Assembly: GCA_964016885.1 (NCBI GenBank)
Contig: OZ024740.1
Span: forward strand, 291,524,001-291,588,000
Direction of reading: 5' to 3'
DNA from: Eledone cirrhosa
Lineage: Eukaryota
DNA: 64,000 bases
Shown here: piece by piece, positions 1 to 11,932 of the stretch
How the letters are laid out: the number at the start of each line of letters is the position of its first letter
Position numbering within the stretch: position 1 is the first letter of the stretch
The notes under the pieces: generated by a model
Told to the model about the DNA's origin: nothing
Databases searched by the model: none
What the model saw: the letters and a program-made list of their open reading frames with translations, nothing else
Made by a program: the position numbers and the translations under genes

Positions 1-125
1 TTTGAGAACAATACCTTAACATAAATATGAATGGCCAGTTACAGCCGGTTTGAACAGAAAGAGGTGAAAGAATTCTGGCCACATACAGCCAGTTTAAATG
101 CTAATGGGTTAAATATTATCAAGAA

Positions 126-948
126 CTAGCAGTAAAGCCCGGCGTTGCTCGGGGTCGCTCAGTAGCTGTGTTAAAGTTACAATGTTAAGTTTCTTTCTTG
201 GCTTAAAAACTGTAGTGTCTACTGTGCAGACTTGCATGTGGTGTTTTTGATTAATATTCCCTCAACCAACAATATGCCTTATGAAGTTAAGAAAACATAA
301 CGATAACCCGAATGTTATAACAAAAGAGGATGCTGGGGATAGAAACTGCACTGGTTATTTATTAACAAAGATCGAAAATGTAAACACTGCAACGCAGAGA
401 AAAACATTAGCGTAACCAAATTATCAGTTATGTCTGTCTGCACGCCTATATCACCTCTCTGCACGACTGTCTGTCTGCACGCCTATATCACCTCTCTGCA
501 CGACTGTGTCTGCACGCCTAACGACGAAATATTTGCTTGTTTTACGTAGTCTTTAAATAGACTTGTTTTCAAGTAAAAATATTGTTTTAAAATGCTTTTA
601 AATGGAAATGAAGCAAAACGGAAGCTTAGTGTTCGAACTGATGAATTTTGCAGGTCAATATTTTGCTGGCTCGACAACTGTTAAAGCCAGCGTAATTTTT
701 TACGTAAGACGCTCAATGTAAACAGAACAAAGGGAAATAACTGATCACTTACGCTCAAAAATCGATACATTATATTCGATTTCGTCACATAGGGTGGGTC
801 AATTTGAAATTTTTTTTTTTCCAATGTCTTCGCTAGGGCTCAATGTACAAGTATAGCAATTTCGGTGCAATTCCGTGAGAGATTCTAAGAGGAGATGTGT
901 GCCAAAAATCGATAGACAGACAGACAACCACAGTTTTATATATATAGA
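126..948 (-). mobile_element. Non-autonomous Helitron
   Basis: Minus strand starts TC(tatatata) with a (TGTC)n tract and ends CTAG. A subterminal hairpin gcccggcgttgctcgggg lies at 137-154. Inserted between A and T with no TSD; internal ~37-bp tandem duplication at 432-520. Confidence 0.85.
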
Positions 949-954
949 TAAGAA

Positions 955-1610
955 TGATTATTGGAAATTCCTATGGAAGAACGTAACGCAGGCCCGTGGC
1001 TGGTGTGAGATACCAGCTACACTAAAGGTGACTTGATAATAGAACTGCACTATAAACAGAACCATTGACCTGGTGGTAGAACAGAACCAGTGTCCTGGTG
1101 GTAGAACAGAACCATTAAAGCTAAGAGACAGGTATGGAAAAGCTGTAAAAATGTGAGCAGAAAAGAACAATATAAAGTAGCTAAAAAATGGAAAGCAGGT
1201 TTTCCAATATTGTAACTTGAGGATCAGAAGTATGTGTTTCAGATGGTAACAAGCAGTATGTCAGTGGAAATCAGGATTTTATTAGGGAACAGTGCATTCA
1301 AATGACACCGGTACACTTGACCCCAATGATGATCAGAAGAAAAAAGCCCTCAATAGCCTCAAGAGATGGACCATCTATCAAAATTGACAGTTACAGAGTC
1401 AAAGAAGAGAGATGAAAAATGGAAAAGCTGCTGCACCATCAGAAATAGTTGCTGAAATCATCTGGTGAAATAGGAGTTGAGCTAGTCACTGACAGACAGT
1501 CAATCTGGTAATACAAGATGGATGTGTGGTGTTAATGTGCATGGATGACGAAGCAAGGACCAGCTGTGAGAAAACCCAGGTATAAATGGAATCAAATGTA
1601 GTGTGTGGGG
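955..1610 (+). mobile_element. Degenerate RTE-clade LINE fragment
   Basis: Remnant MKNGKAAAPSEIVAE motif at about 1412-1458; many stops and deletions. Confidence 0.7.
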
Positions 1611-1749
1611 TTTGATTACTCGTACTGACATCAAAAAGTTTAGCAATCATTTTGCTAGTTTGATTCTAAAGGCACCTTCTACAATGGTCTTGGTTTGACA
1701 AAAACTTTGTGGGTGAAATTTAGTAGGCCAGAATTGTGTATATGTGTCA

Positions 1750-2080
1750 TTATCATCATTTGAAGTCCATTTTTCCATGCTAGATGTCCATTTTTCAATG
1801 TTAGACGAGCTATTCCCTTATAAGACACGCCAGGTCAGATGACTGTCTTGCTCAAACAGAATTGATTTTGGTTTGGTTTCTTTGGCTGGATGCCCTTCCT
1901 AATGCCAACCATATTTACAGTGTGTACTGGGTGTTTTTTATGACAGCTACATGACAACTTTACAGTGAGTACCAGGTGCTTTTTGTCATGACACCTATAC
2001 AACCACATTTACAGTGTGGACTGGAGGCTTTTTGTCACGACACCTACACAACCACTTTACAGTGAAAAGGGTGCTTTTTC
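1750..2080 (-). mobile_element. SINE body with RTE-type 3' tail (many related copies, e.g. 14530-14825, 35040-35260, 48300-48670, 61908-62195)
   Basis: Shared ggctggatgcccttcctaa..ccaacc motif, internal actttacagtgtg.actgggtgcttttt repeats, (CAT)n tail. Confidence 0.75.
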
Positions 2081-2564
2081 ACTATATTGGTAGATTAATA
2101 GCATAATGGGTGGAGCCCCAGATTAGATAGTTTGTGATAATGAGTGATGTCCCTTTTATGTTCTGAGCTTAAATCTTGTCACAGTTTACTATACAAGACT
2201 AAACAAAATATTTGGATTGATATAATCAACTAACCAACATGGTAAAATACATCAATTCTGAACTTTGGAAATTTTATCAATCCTTTGCTTCATGAATATG
2301 TATTTGCAGCTGCTGGAGTGTGCTCACATTGTGTGTGTAGGTGTGCACACAGACACAGACATGCAATGTCATTTTGTTTTTCATATTTGTGTACATATAC
2401 AAGCTTCTATATACATGCAACAGCAAGGTTTGTTAATAAAATAAAGAATATGTTAACATTTTTACACCATTTATCGTCAAATGTCACACATAACTGCTTG
2501 ATATGCAGGATATTGTGGTTAAATGCTTCAGCTTGACGTCAACAATGTTATTACAATCATCATT

Positions 2565-2702
2565 GGTATAGTCAGACTCACTATGAAAGAAACACCCTTA
2601 CTGACCAGTTTTATGGTCAGACTGACTATGAAAGACAAAAACTTTTATTGACCAGTTTTATAGTCAGACTCAATGAAAGATAAACACCCTTGTTGACCAG
2701 TT
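2565..2702. repeat. ~43-bp tandem repeat, 3 copies
   Basis: tagtcagact.actatgaaaga...tgaccagtt repeated three times. Confidence 0.85.
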
Positions 2703-4104
2703 AGTTATATAATAGAAACAGCCCCAACTAACTTCTTAATCCATTAACTAATGATGCTAAACATTAAAAGAAAAACATTACACTTAATGATATTGAAAAT
2801 ATGCAACATAACAGAATAGTCAATCAAATGTTTACACTTCAGCACGACAATATCCATTTTGTCTAAAAATAATAATTAAAAAATGAAGATAATGTATGCT
2901 TTATGATGCTATATGTAGGTACACCATATTCCTGTGTGTTGTAAGAAGCAACTAAAAAGGTTGGCATGATGAGGAGCATCTGGTTTAAAACATTGTCTTA
3001 AAACAACACATCTAACTCATGCCAGCATGGAAAAGTGAACATAAAAGTGATGATGGCGACACATACATTACTAAAAAGGCTCTTTGCAATGAGATAATTT
3101 ATCAATATCACGCTGATTCACAAAACCTAATTGTAGATATGGATATCTTGAATCTAGAAATATTTTTGTGGAAGACCTTTAGCTGTATGGCTCAGGTATT
3201 AACAAGACCAAAAAGTATTGGATGATCAATGAGTGAAGAAGTGCCAGTGGAAGGAAGCTGCAGTAGAGGTAGACCGAGAATGACTTGGACACAGGTGGTA
3301 AGAGCTGACCTCAAATTGCTGAGTTGAGAGATGCTGTGCTGAGAAGGACCTGTTCAACCCATGCAAGCATGGAAAAATAGGCGATGACTATTGGAATGAA
3401 GAGCCCAAAAGGGCATTCATGAGGAAACCTTGCATATATACAAACAGGTGAGAACTACAAGCATCTTAGAGAAAATGAGAATATCAGGTATAATGTACAC
3501 ATTGGCCAAGAAATGAATAGAGAGGTTTTAAAGATATGGTCACTATAAAAATTTTAAATTAATTTAAGAACTTGGAAGCTGTTTTGTTGCTGGAAATTTC
3601 AACACCAATGTATAGATGTAAGCAAATATTTTCCACATAAGCAAGCATGCTCCGATGGATGTGTAATATAAAAATAATGAATTAACAAGCTGAGAGAAAA
3701 AGTAGTCATGAGAGGGATTGGATGCGATGGATGGCAACTACATAAAGAAATATGTGACTGACCAATGCTTTGTAAGTGAATCTGGCAGAGGGAAACTGTA
3801 GAAAACACATTATTGTACATGTGTGTGTGTGGGGGACAGTTGTTTGTGTGTGTGTGTGGGGGGGACAGTTGTTTGTGTGTGTGTGGGGGGGCAGTTGTTT
3901 GTATGGCCCATTAACAATATGTCTGATAGTATTGCCACAAAACATTAGTGGCATATACCATGTTTAGGGAAGGGTATCCAGCTGCAGAAAAACAGGGATC
4001 ATACATAAACGAGGGTAGGATTGAATCAGGAACCACTTAGTTGTGAAGTGAACTTCAAAACCACACACCCACACATGCAGTGATACAACCACACACCCAC
4101 ACCT

Positions 4105-5812
4105 ACTGTCATAACCACAGCCATAGAGGGACCTATAGTCATAACCACAGCCATAGAGGGACCTATAGTCATAAGCACACCATCACACCTGTACCTATAG
4201 TCATATAATATAATGACACAATCAAGGAGGTACCTATAGTCATTACCACACAGCCATACCTGCACCTATAGTGATATTACCACACAGCCATACCTGCACC
4301 TATAGTGATATAACCACACAGCCATACCTGCACTTATAGTGATATAACCACACAGCCATACCTGCACCTATAGTCATATTACCACACAGCCATACCTGTA
4401 CCTATAGTTATATTACCACACAGCCATACCAGTACCTATAGTCATATTACCACACAGCCATACCTGCACCTATAGTGATATAACCACACAGCCATACCTG
4501 CACTTATAGTGATATAACCACACAGCCATACCTGCACCTATAGTGATATAACCACACAGCCATACCTGCACCTATAGTCATATTACCACACAGCCATACC
4601 TGTACCTATAGTTATATAACTACACAGCCATACCTGCACTTATAGTGATATAACCACACAGCCATACCTGCACTTATAGTGATATAACCACACAGCCATA
4701 CCTGTACCTATAGTCATATTACCACACAGCCATACCTGTACCTATAGTCATTACCACACAGCCATTCCGGTACCTATAGTCATATTACCACACAGCCATA
4801 CCGGTACCTATAGTCATATTACCACACAGCCATACCGGTACCTATAGTCATATTACCACACAGCCATACCGGTACCTATAGTCATATTACCACACAGCCA
4901 TACCGGTACCTATAGTCATATTACCACACAGCCATACCGGTACCTATAGTCATATTACCACACAGCCATACCGGTACCTATAGTCATATTACCACACAGC
5001 CATACCGGTACCTATAGTCATATTACCACACAGCCATACCGGTACCTATAGTCATATTACCACACAGCCATACCGGTACCTATAGTCATATTACCACACA
5101 GCCATACCGGTACCTATAGTCATATTACCACACAGCCATACCGGTACCTATAGTCATATTACCACACAGCCATACCGGTACCTATAGTTATATAACTACA
5201 CAGCCATACCTGTACCTATAGTCATATTACAACACAGCCATACCGGTACCTATAGTCATATTACAACACAGCCATACCGGTACCTATAGTCATATTACCA
5301 CACAGCCATACCGGTACCTATAGTCATATTACCACACAGCCATACCGGTACCTATAGTCATATTACCACACAGCCATACCAGTACCTATAGTCATATTAC
5401 CACACAGCCATACCAGTACCTATAGTCATATTACCACACAGCCATACCGGTACCTATAGTCATATTACCACACAGCCATACCGGTATCTATAGTCATATT
5501 ACCACACAGCCATACCTGTACCTATAGTTATATAACTACACAGCCATACCTGTACCTATAGTCATATTACAACACAGCCATACCGGTACCTATAGTCATA
5601 TTACAACACAGCCATACCTGTACCTATAGTCATATTACCACACAGCCATACCGGTACCTATAGTCATATTACCACACAGCCATACCGGTACCTATAGTCA
5701 TATTACCACACAGCCATACCGGTACCTATAGTCATATTACCACACAGCCATACCTGTACCTATAGTCATATTACCACACAGTCATACCTGTACCTATAGT
5801 CATATAATCACA
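4105..5812. repeat. 34-bp minisatellite, roughly 47 copies, with two 30-bp variant units at the left edge
   Basis: Unit acctatagtcatattaccacacagccataccggt (period 34, e.g. 4801 to 4835); variants cctgca, cctgta, ccggta, ccagta. Confidence 0.98.
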
Positions 5813-6055
5813 CCTGTCCTATAATGATTTAACTAAAGAGCCATGCCTGGAACCTATAGTCATATATAAACAAAACTAACATTTTAGTTACTGCAATAAA
5901 GACAACATAAGATGTACAAAACCATTTTGAAATTCTGGAAAACATGGACAAAATTTGCGTATTTAATGAAAAATGTAAAATATAGTTTTAATAAAGCCGA
6001 GCCAAGTTGTTATTTAAATTTGAACGAAATCAATAAAACTGGCAATGTTTATATT

Positions 6056-6064
6056 AAAGGATAC
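6056..6064 (-). other. U12-type (minor spliceosome) 5' splice site
   Basis: The intron starts GTATCCTTT, an exact match to the U12 donor consensus RTATCCTTT. Read-through reaches TAA after S-I-L. Confidence 0.88.
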
Positions 6065-6146
6065 TTGTTTTTCCTGCTGCATCCAGACCCAACATTAATA
6101 TCCTCATTTCTTTATTTCCAAATATTTTTGATAATAACTTCCCCAT
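6065..6146 (-). CDS. ARF6: ADP-ribosylation factor 6, first coding exon (27 codons + 1 nt); exon including 5'UTR spans 6065-6168
   Basis: Minus strand reads gtttttatttttcag|tggaattcgtacatcggcgaccATGGGGAAG..., giving [27 protein letters not shown]. This is the ARF6 N-terminus (myristoylated Gly2, P-loop GLDAAGKT). Strong acceptor, accATGG Kozak context, phase-1 donor at 6064. Confidence 0.96.
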
Positions 6147-8696
6147 GGTCGCCGATGTACGAATTCCACTGAAAAATAAAAACATTGAACATCACTAGTA
6201 AGTCAAATTATACAAAACCAATAAATTGGCAATAAAAAACAAAACAAAAACACTAACTGTTGGTTTTGATAAACTAGAATGAAGCAAAATAAAAAGATAG
6301 TTCATTAGTTGAAGCATTGAAAATAAAAACAATGGATATGTGTTAGTTTGGGTGTCATTTACCTGCATCTCCCCCACCCAATGACAGGTATGATCTGCTG
6401 TTTAAGTAGCAGTGTTACTGTAAATATTTCTAAAATACTGAAATAATTCTTGTAATTTCATTCAACAATAGCTTTCTCTAGTCTTTTATATTTTATCACC
6501 ATTCTACCCTCCCCCTCCTAATATAATACAACAACCTAGCATATACATTTGATGCTGTAGAATTTTGGAACTGCACCATGGATCTAATTATCATCATCTC
6601 GGCTAGAAGAATTGGACAGATCTCCACAAACTAAGTCAGTACTCAAGCAGAGCAACCAACCTCTTGGACAGGCTGGGAGCCTGTATCTTACATATGTTCC
6701 TGCACTATGTGTGCATATTTTCAAGGCACCAACACTAGGGAAGTTGTCATGTTTTTTAAAAGTTCTTAGAAACCAAAAAGTTTGTCAAAAGGAACTTTTT
6801 AAACAATCCATATTATTATTATTATTATTATTATTCGGGTGGCCACAATTTTGAGTGCTATGCTTTTAACAGCTTTAATTATGGAACAAAACTGAAGAGA
6901 AAAATTGCAATGTTACGAAAATCTGAATTTAGGTATCAAAACAGAAATAAAAACATTTGTATAACATGAAATTTCTAGTCCTTGCTAGTAATAATTCTAA
7001 CATTGACACGAGGTCAGCAATTTGGGAGAAGGGAAGTCTAAATCAACTTCAGTATTTACATGGTATTGTATTTCATCAACCTTGGAGGGATGAAACACAA
7101 AGTTGATCTCAGTGGGATTTGAACTCAGAACGTAGAAAGTTGTAACTAAATGCTGCAAAGAGTTTTGTCAGACACTTTCCCAATACTGCCAATCTACCGA
7201 CCTGTCCCTAATATTTGTTTTAGATCTACCATTTGATAAGAGAAGAAAGGGAAACCACAAAAAATGCCTCTTTATCTTAAATGTAGCATAGTCACAAAAA
7301 AGAAAAAAAAAAATTATATATATATATATATATATTTTTTTTTTTTATATAATTAATGGGATTTTCTCCTGCATAATTTTATGTTTTAGAGAGAGAAAAA
7401 AAAAGATAAATTTTTGGACCATCTATCTTAATAAATGCAAAGCTATCTTATGATAGGGCTTCGACATTGCTAATCACCAACTTCTGGAAATTAAGAGAAG
7501 GATTTGAGAAAAAAAAGTGTGTTTGCTTACTTTGCAAGCTTTATGTGAAAACTAACAGTGGTATCTGGTGTTGCCTAGGTGCTGAATATGTAGATTTTTT
7601 TTTTGTTAAATTTAAAAGACTTGTTCCAGTTTTTTTTTCTTTTTTCTCCTTCACCTGATTAACAAGTATACATTTACAATCTTGGTGAAAACAACTACTA
7701 ATAACAAAGGAAAAACGAACATTAAATGATAATGTAGTTTTCACTTTTTACACATTTGTGTACACGGACTTATAGAACACCACCTAGAATGTAGTGTGTG
7801 TGTGTGTGTGCGCACATGAGCATAGTTCGAACAATATCATCTTTGCTCATTAGTCACCAACTTGGACAAAACAGTGATTTCAATTACTAGTGGTATCACT
7901 GCCTATTTCAGGATGTCAGTGGATAGAGCAAAAATTCTCCATCCACTGGAAGATGCATGTCAAGACAATACAGAGGATAGTAGATATATGGAAAATGAAT
8001 ACGGGAACAGAATAGGGCATAGATGAAGAAACGACCATTTTGCAACTGTTTAAATGTTGTTTGTAAATAATTCAATGTTATTTACATTCCTAGCTAATAG
8101 ATAAGGCTTCTAAAAAGGTAATAGGGAGTGGTCAAAGGTGCCTTGGTGTACTGGATCACAACTAAATGGCATACAGTAGATGAATGGTTTCAAGTCCTGC
8201 ATGTTGCTGTCCACTTTTACTCCATCTTCAGAGGTTATTTACCTGACTTATTCAACTATTATGTAGTAAATCTCTGTTGTGGCAGCTTTTCAAAAAAATA
8301 AAATTTGCCTGATCCTTTGTAGCTGATTCAATGTTGTTGTTTATATTCCTAATCAAGACAGGAAAGAGTAAGCAGGGCTGTTTCAGTGAAATAGCATTAC
8401 AGCTATTTAAAATATGGCAGATGTGTGGTTTGATTGCTATAAGTGGTTGTCCACTTTTTTTTCTATTTCCAGTGTTTATTTACTTAATATATTTAATAGC
8501 TTTATAGTTAACCTCTGCAGTGGTGGCTCATCAAAAAAAGCTAACACACTGAAATATATATATTCACAAACACACACTGATGTGCATACATATGAATTCA
8601 TAAACCTCTAAATGTGTATATTTACATGCACACATTTACAAACACCACAAAGAGACACAGGTTTGTAAGTACGTATGCAAACACCTAATGCATATA

Positions 8697-9543
8697 CAGG
8701 GTGCGGACGATATTTGTTCGCAATTTTCAACTGCTAATTTTATGCAAATTTTTTTTACTTCCATTGTCACTCTTGTCTTCATAAAAACAGTGACTATATT
8801 TCCATTATTTATTTTCAGAATAATTGATTATGAATAATTTTGAACCTCCAAATTTGTGGAAGAGACACGGATTTCTTCTTGGAATCCACGCCGGAAGGAC
8901 AAATAAGACCAGAAGATCAACTCCCAGAACAGGTGCCCAGAATCATGCAGACAAAGTTTCCAGCGACAACATTGGTCTTAGGTGTCGTCAGCAGTCAAAG
9001 TGACATCATGCTACCTCACTTCTTCCCTGAGGGCCTCAAGCTGAACACCGATGGCTACATCCGCGTTCAGAGCGAGGTAGTAAAGCCCTGGATCGACCAG
9101 GTAGCTGCAGGTAGGCCGTACGTGTGGCAGCCATACCAGCCGAAAGACCCAAGCCTGGCTGTCAGAACTTCGTCGACCACACTTCACCTGACATCTGGCC
9201 TCCCAGCTCGCTTGACTGCAACCCCCTCGACTTCTTTGTGTGGAGCACAGTGGAACGAGACACCAACAGATCTAGCTGCAATACGAAAGACGATTTGAAG
9301 GCCAGGATCACAAGTGCCTTTCGGGGCCTAAGTCAGGGGGACAGTGACGAAGGCCTGTAGCCAGTTCCGAGGCCGCCTTGAGGCCGTCATCAAAGCCAAT
9401 GGCGGGTTTATCGAGTGAGATCGAAAGAACAAGTCATGAAGACAAACTGACCCAAGTTTGATAAATAAATCTTAAAAAATAAAACTACTGTGTTACTTTT
9501 TTCCTAGACAGTAATCTTGCGAACAAATATCGCCCGCACCCTG
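8697..9543 (+). mobile_element. Tc1/mariner (maT, DD37D-type) internally deleted copy 1
   Basis: TIRs cagggtgcggacgatatttgttcgcaa / ttgcgaacaaatatcgcccgcaccctg, TA flanks, frameshifted transposase with WPPSSLDCNPLDFFVW. Confidence 0.93.
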
Positions 9544-10344
9544 TATATATGATTTTACATAAGTGTGAGGAAAAGAGAGGGGGAGGGGGAAATAGAGACT
9601 GGGGGAGAAAGATCACTAAAGATTACTTCTATTTTAGCCCTCCACACACACACATACACAAAAAAAAAATGCCATTTTACAATGGATATTTTACTTCTGA
9701 ACTGCACCACTCCATTAGAAATTTCAGTGTCCCCATCTTTCTTTAATTTATCTTTTTTATTGCATGGAATGGATTTTTTTTGTGGATTATTCTGGTATGA
9801 ATCTGTGCTAAAGTTTGCTGAGAAATGGTTGTTTCCCACTCATTATATAGACTACCCCAGATTCTATAAATGGTTATGTTTCAAGGCAAACAATCTTTCC
9901 CATCATAATATAGACTACCCCTGATTCTATAAAATGAGTCTAAGAACAATGTCTCCTCTACTTATTTAGCACACACACACACATCTCATCCAATCTACCC
10001 AAAAGTTTTGGTCAATGATGATGATCATCATCTCAGTCAAACAGTTGAGAAAATATCACATTTACTATGTTTCCTCATCTGTAGATTTTTAGATTATAAA
10101 TAAAGCAGGTTTTATTCTCTTCAATCTGATATATGAGATTCTTGAAGAAAGATTTATTACCAATTCTTACAAGAGCCAAAACTTCAATGCAGAAAACTAG
10201 AACAAGATTACAAAGATATTTTTATTTTGCAGTAAAAAAAAAAAAAAGAAAAATCTTCAATTTGCAATTTATATTTCAAGTATCCAAATACCAAAATGAT
10301 ATTTTAAAAAGTCCATTTTCTCTATTTTGTGCATTAAATTTTTT

Positions 10345-10375
<31 letters not shown>

Positions 10376-10554
10376 GGGGGGGGCGACGGCGACGGCGACG
10401 ACGGCGACGACGACGACACACACACACACACACACACCTGTTGTGAAAACATCATGACAGAACTCATGAGCAAGCTTCTAGTGGGTCACAGCCTACTAGA
10501 AATAACAGCCAATTGACATCTTTAGTTCACAAACCAACAAAGAAACCTTTACAA

Positions 10555-10803
10555 CAGTGTTTCCCAAAGTGGGTTCCAAGGAATCCCAGAGTTCTGCAAG
10601 ATAAGATGCTATATTTTTATTTTATATAAGAATACATTCAATTATTGTTTCATTTAATGTGCCATTAGGGTAATGGGTACTGTCACTAAAATATAGGGTA
10701 GTGGGTACTGTCTCTAAAACATAGGAATGTGTTATGCAATGCTAGGAAAATTGGGTTCTGAGACAAATAACAGTTCTAAGACAAAATAATTTTGAAAACC
10801 ATT
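10555..10803. mobile_element. Degenerate hAT-like MITE
   Basis: Termini cagtgtttcccaaa / tttgaaaaccatt resemble Charlie-type TIRs; TSD not clear. Confidence 0.45.
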
Positions 10804-11554
10804 ATGTTACACCTGCCATATCTTCAAAATAATATACTATCATTTTAAAAATGGATAAATATATTATTTAATGTAATTCTGAATAAAATATGAGAAAAAA
10901 AATGGAATGGTTATGACTTGACCACCAACCAAATAATATAGTCACAGGAGATATATTTTCTCCAGGCTTGGATGTCATCAAAATACAACAGAAGTAATGC
11001 CTGTACAAAAAACTAAAATTATTGAATAAAAAGAATAGTTTTTAAAAAACATACTGAGAAACTAACTCAAAGAGCATCTTCAGAAAATATTTTAAAATAA
11101 TAAAATCACTTTAGAGAAAAAGACTAACAGCATCTACACTAAATACAGGAAGGACTGTTATCTAACTTCTCAAAATTACAGGCATGCACAATACATTATC
11201 AAAACCTACATCACACACAAAAATAAACTTTGCAAACCTGACAAAATTGTTCAAGTACAACATTAAAGGCAGAGTTAAACACACAGAATTAAAAGATTTT
11301 ATCATCAAATGTGACATTTTGCAATAATTTAAGGAAATGTTTCACTACCTCAAAACCGAACATTGTCTAATCTGGAGTGCCATTAGAGATATGCAAACCT
11401 GATGTAGACAGCCTCATTACATACATAAAATTATGTAACCAATGTATAGACATCACATGACATTTGGTAAACTATCAGAAGATGACAGCACACTAGAAAT
11501 GCAAGCTAAAATAAAAACAAGCAACTAGAAGTACTTTAATATAGTACTTTAATG

Positions 11555-11932
11555 TGGAGGCACATGACTTAGTGGTTAGAGCATTGGGCTTGCAATTGAA
11601 AGGTTGTGAGTTCAATTCTCAGATCAGGTGATGTGTTGTTTCCTTGAGCAAGACACTTTATTTCACATTGCTCCAGTTTACTCAGCTGTAGAAATGAGAT
11701 GATAGGACTATCATTCCACTGCAAAGTGGTCGTGGAGGTGCCATGGCAAAAAAAGCACCCAGCCCACACTGTAAAGTGGATGTGCAGGCGCTACGGAAAA
11801 AAAAAAAGCACCCAGCACTCACTGTAAATGAGGTTGGTGTTAGGAAGGGCATCCAGCTGTAGAAATCAAGCCAGAATCAGTTCCCGTCCCACCCTTGCAA
11901 GCAGGGAAAAGCGGACGTATGATGATGATGAT
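11555..11932 (+). mobile_element. tRNA-derived CORE-type SINE with RTE tail
   Basis: A box tgacttagtgg, B box gttcaattc, CORE-like ccttgagcaagacactt, tail cccttgcaagcagggaaaagcggacgt(atg)n. Confidence 0.85.

Noticed and set aside
4105-5812. CRISPR-like periodic array
   Set aside because: Units are head-to-tail with no unique spacers, there are no cas genes, and the context is eukaryotic: it is a minisatellite.
5912-6172. Plus-strand 86-aa ORF from the track
   Set aside because: It is the antisense shadow of the ARF6 exon.
10133-10516. 127-aa ORF with poly-Gly/Asp
   Set aside because: Translation of microsatellites.
11555-11630. tRNA gene (also 33960, 46850, 50390)
   Set aside because: A/B boxes continue into multicopy SINE bodies; no proper cloverleaf.
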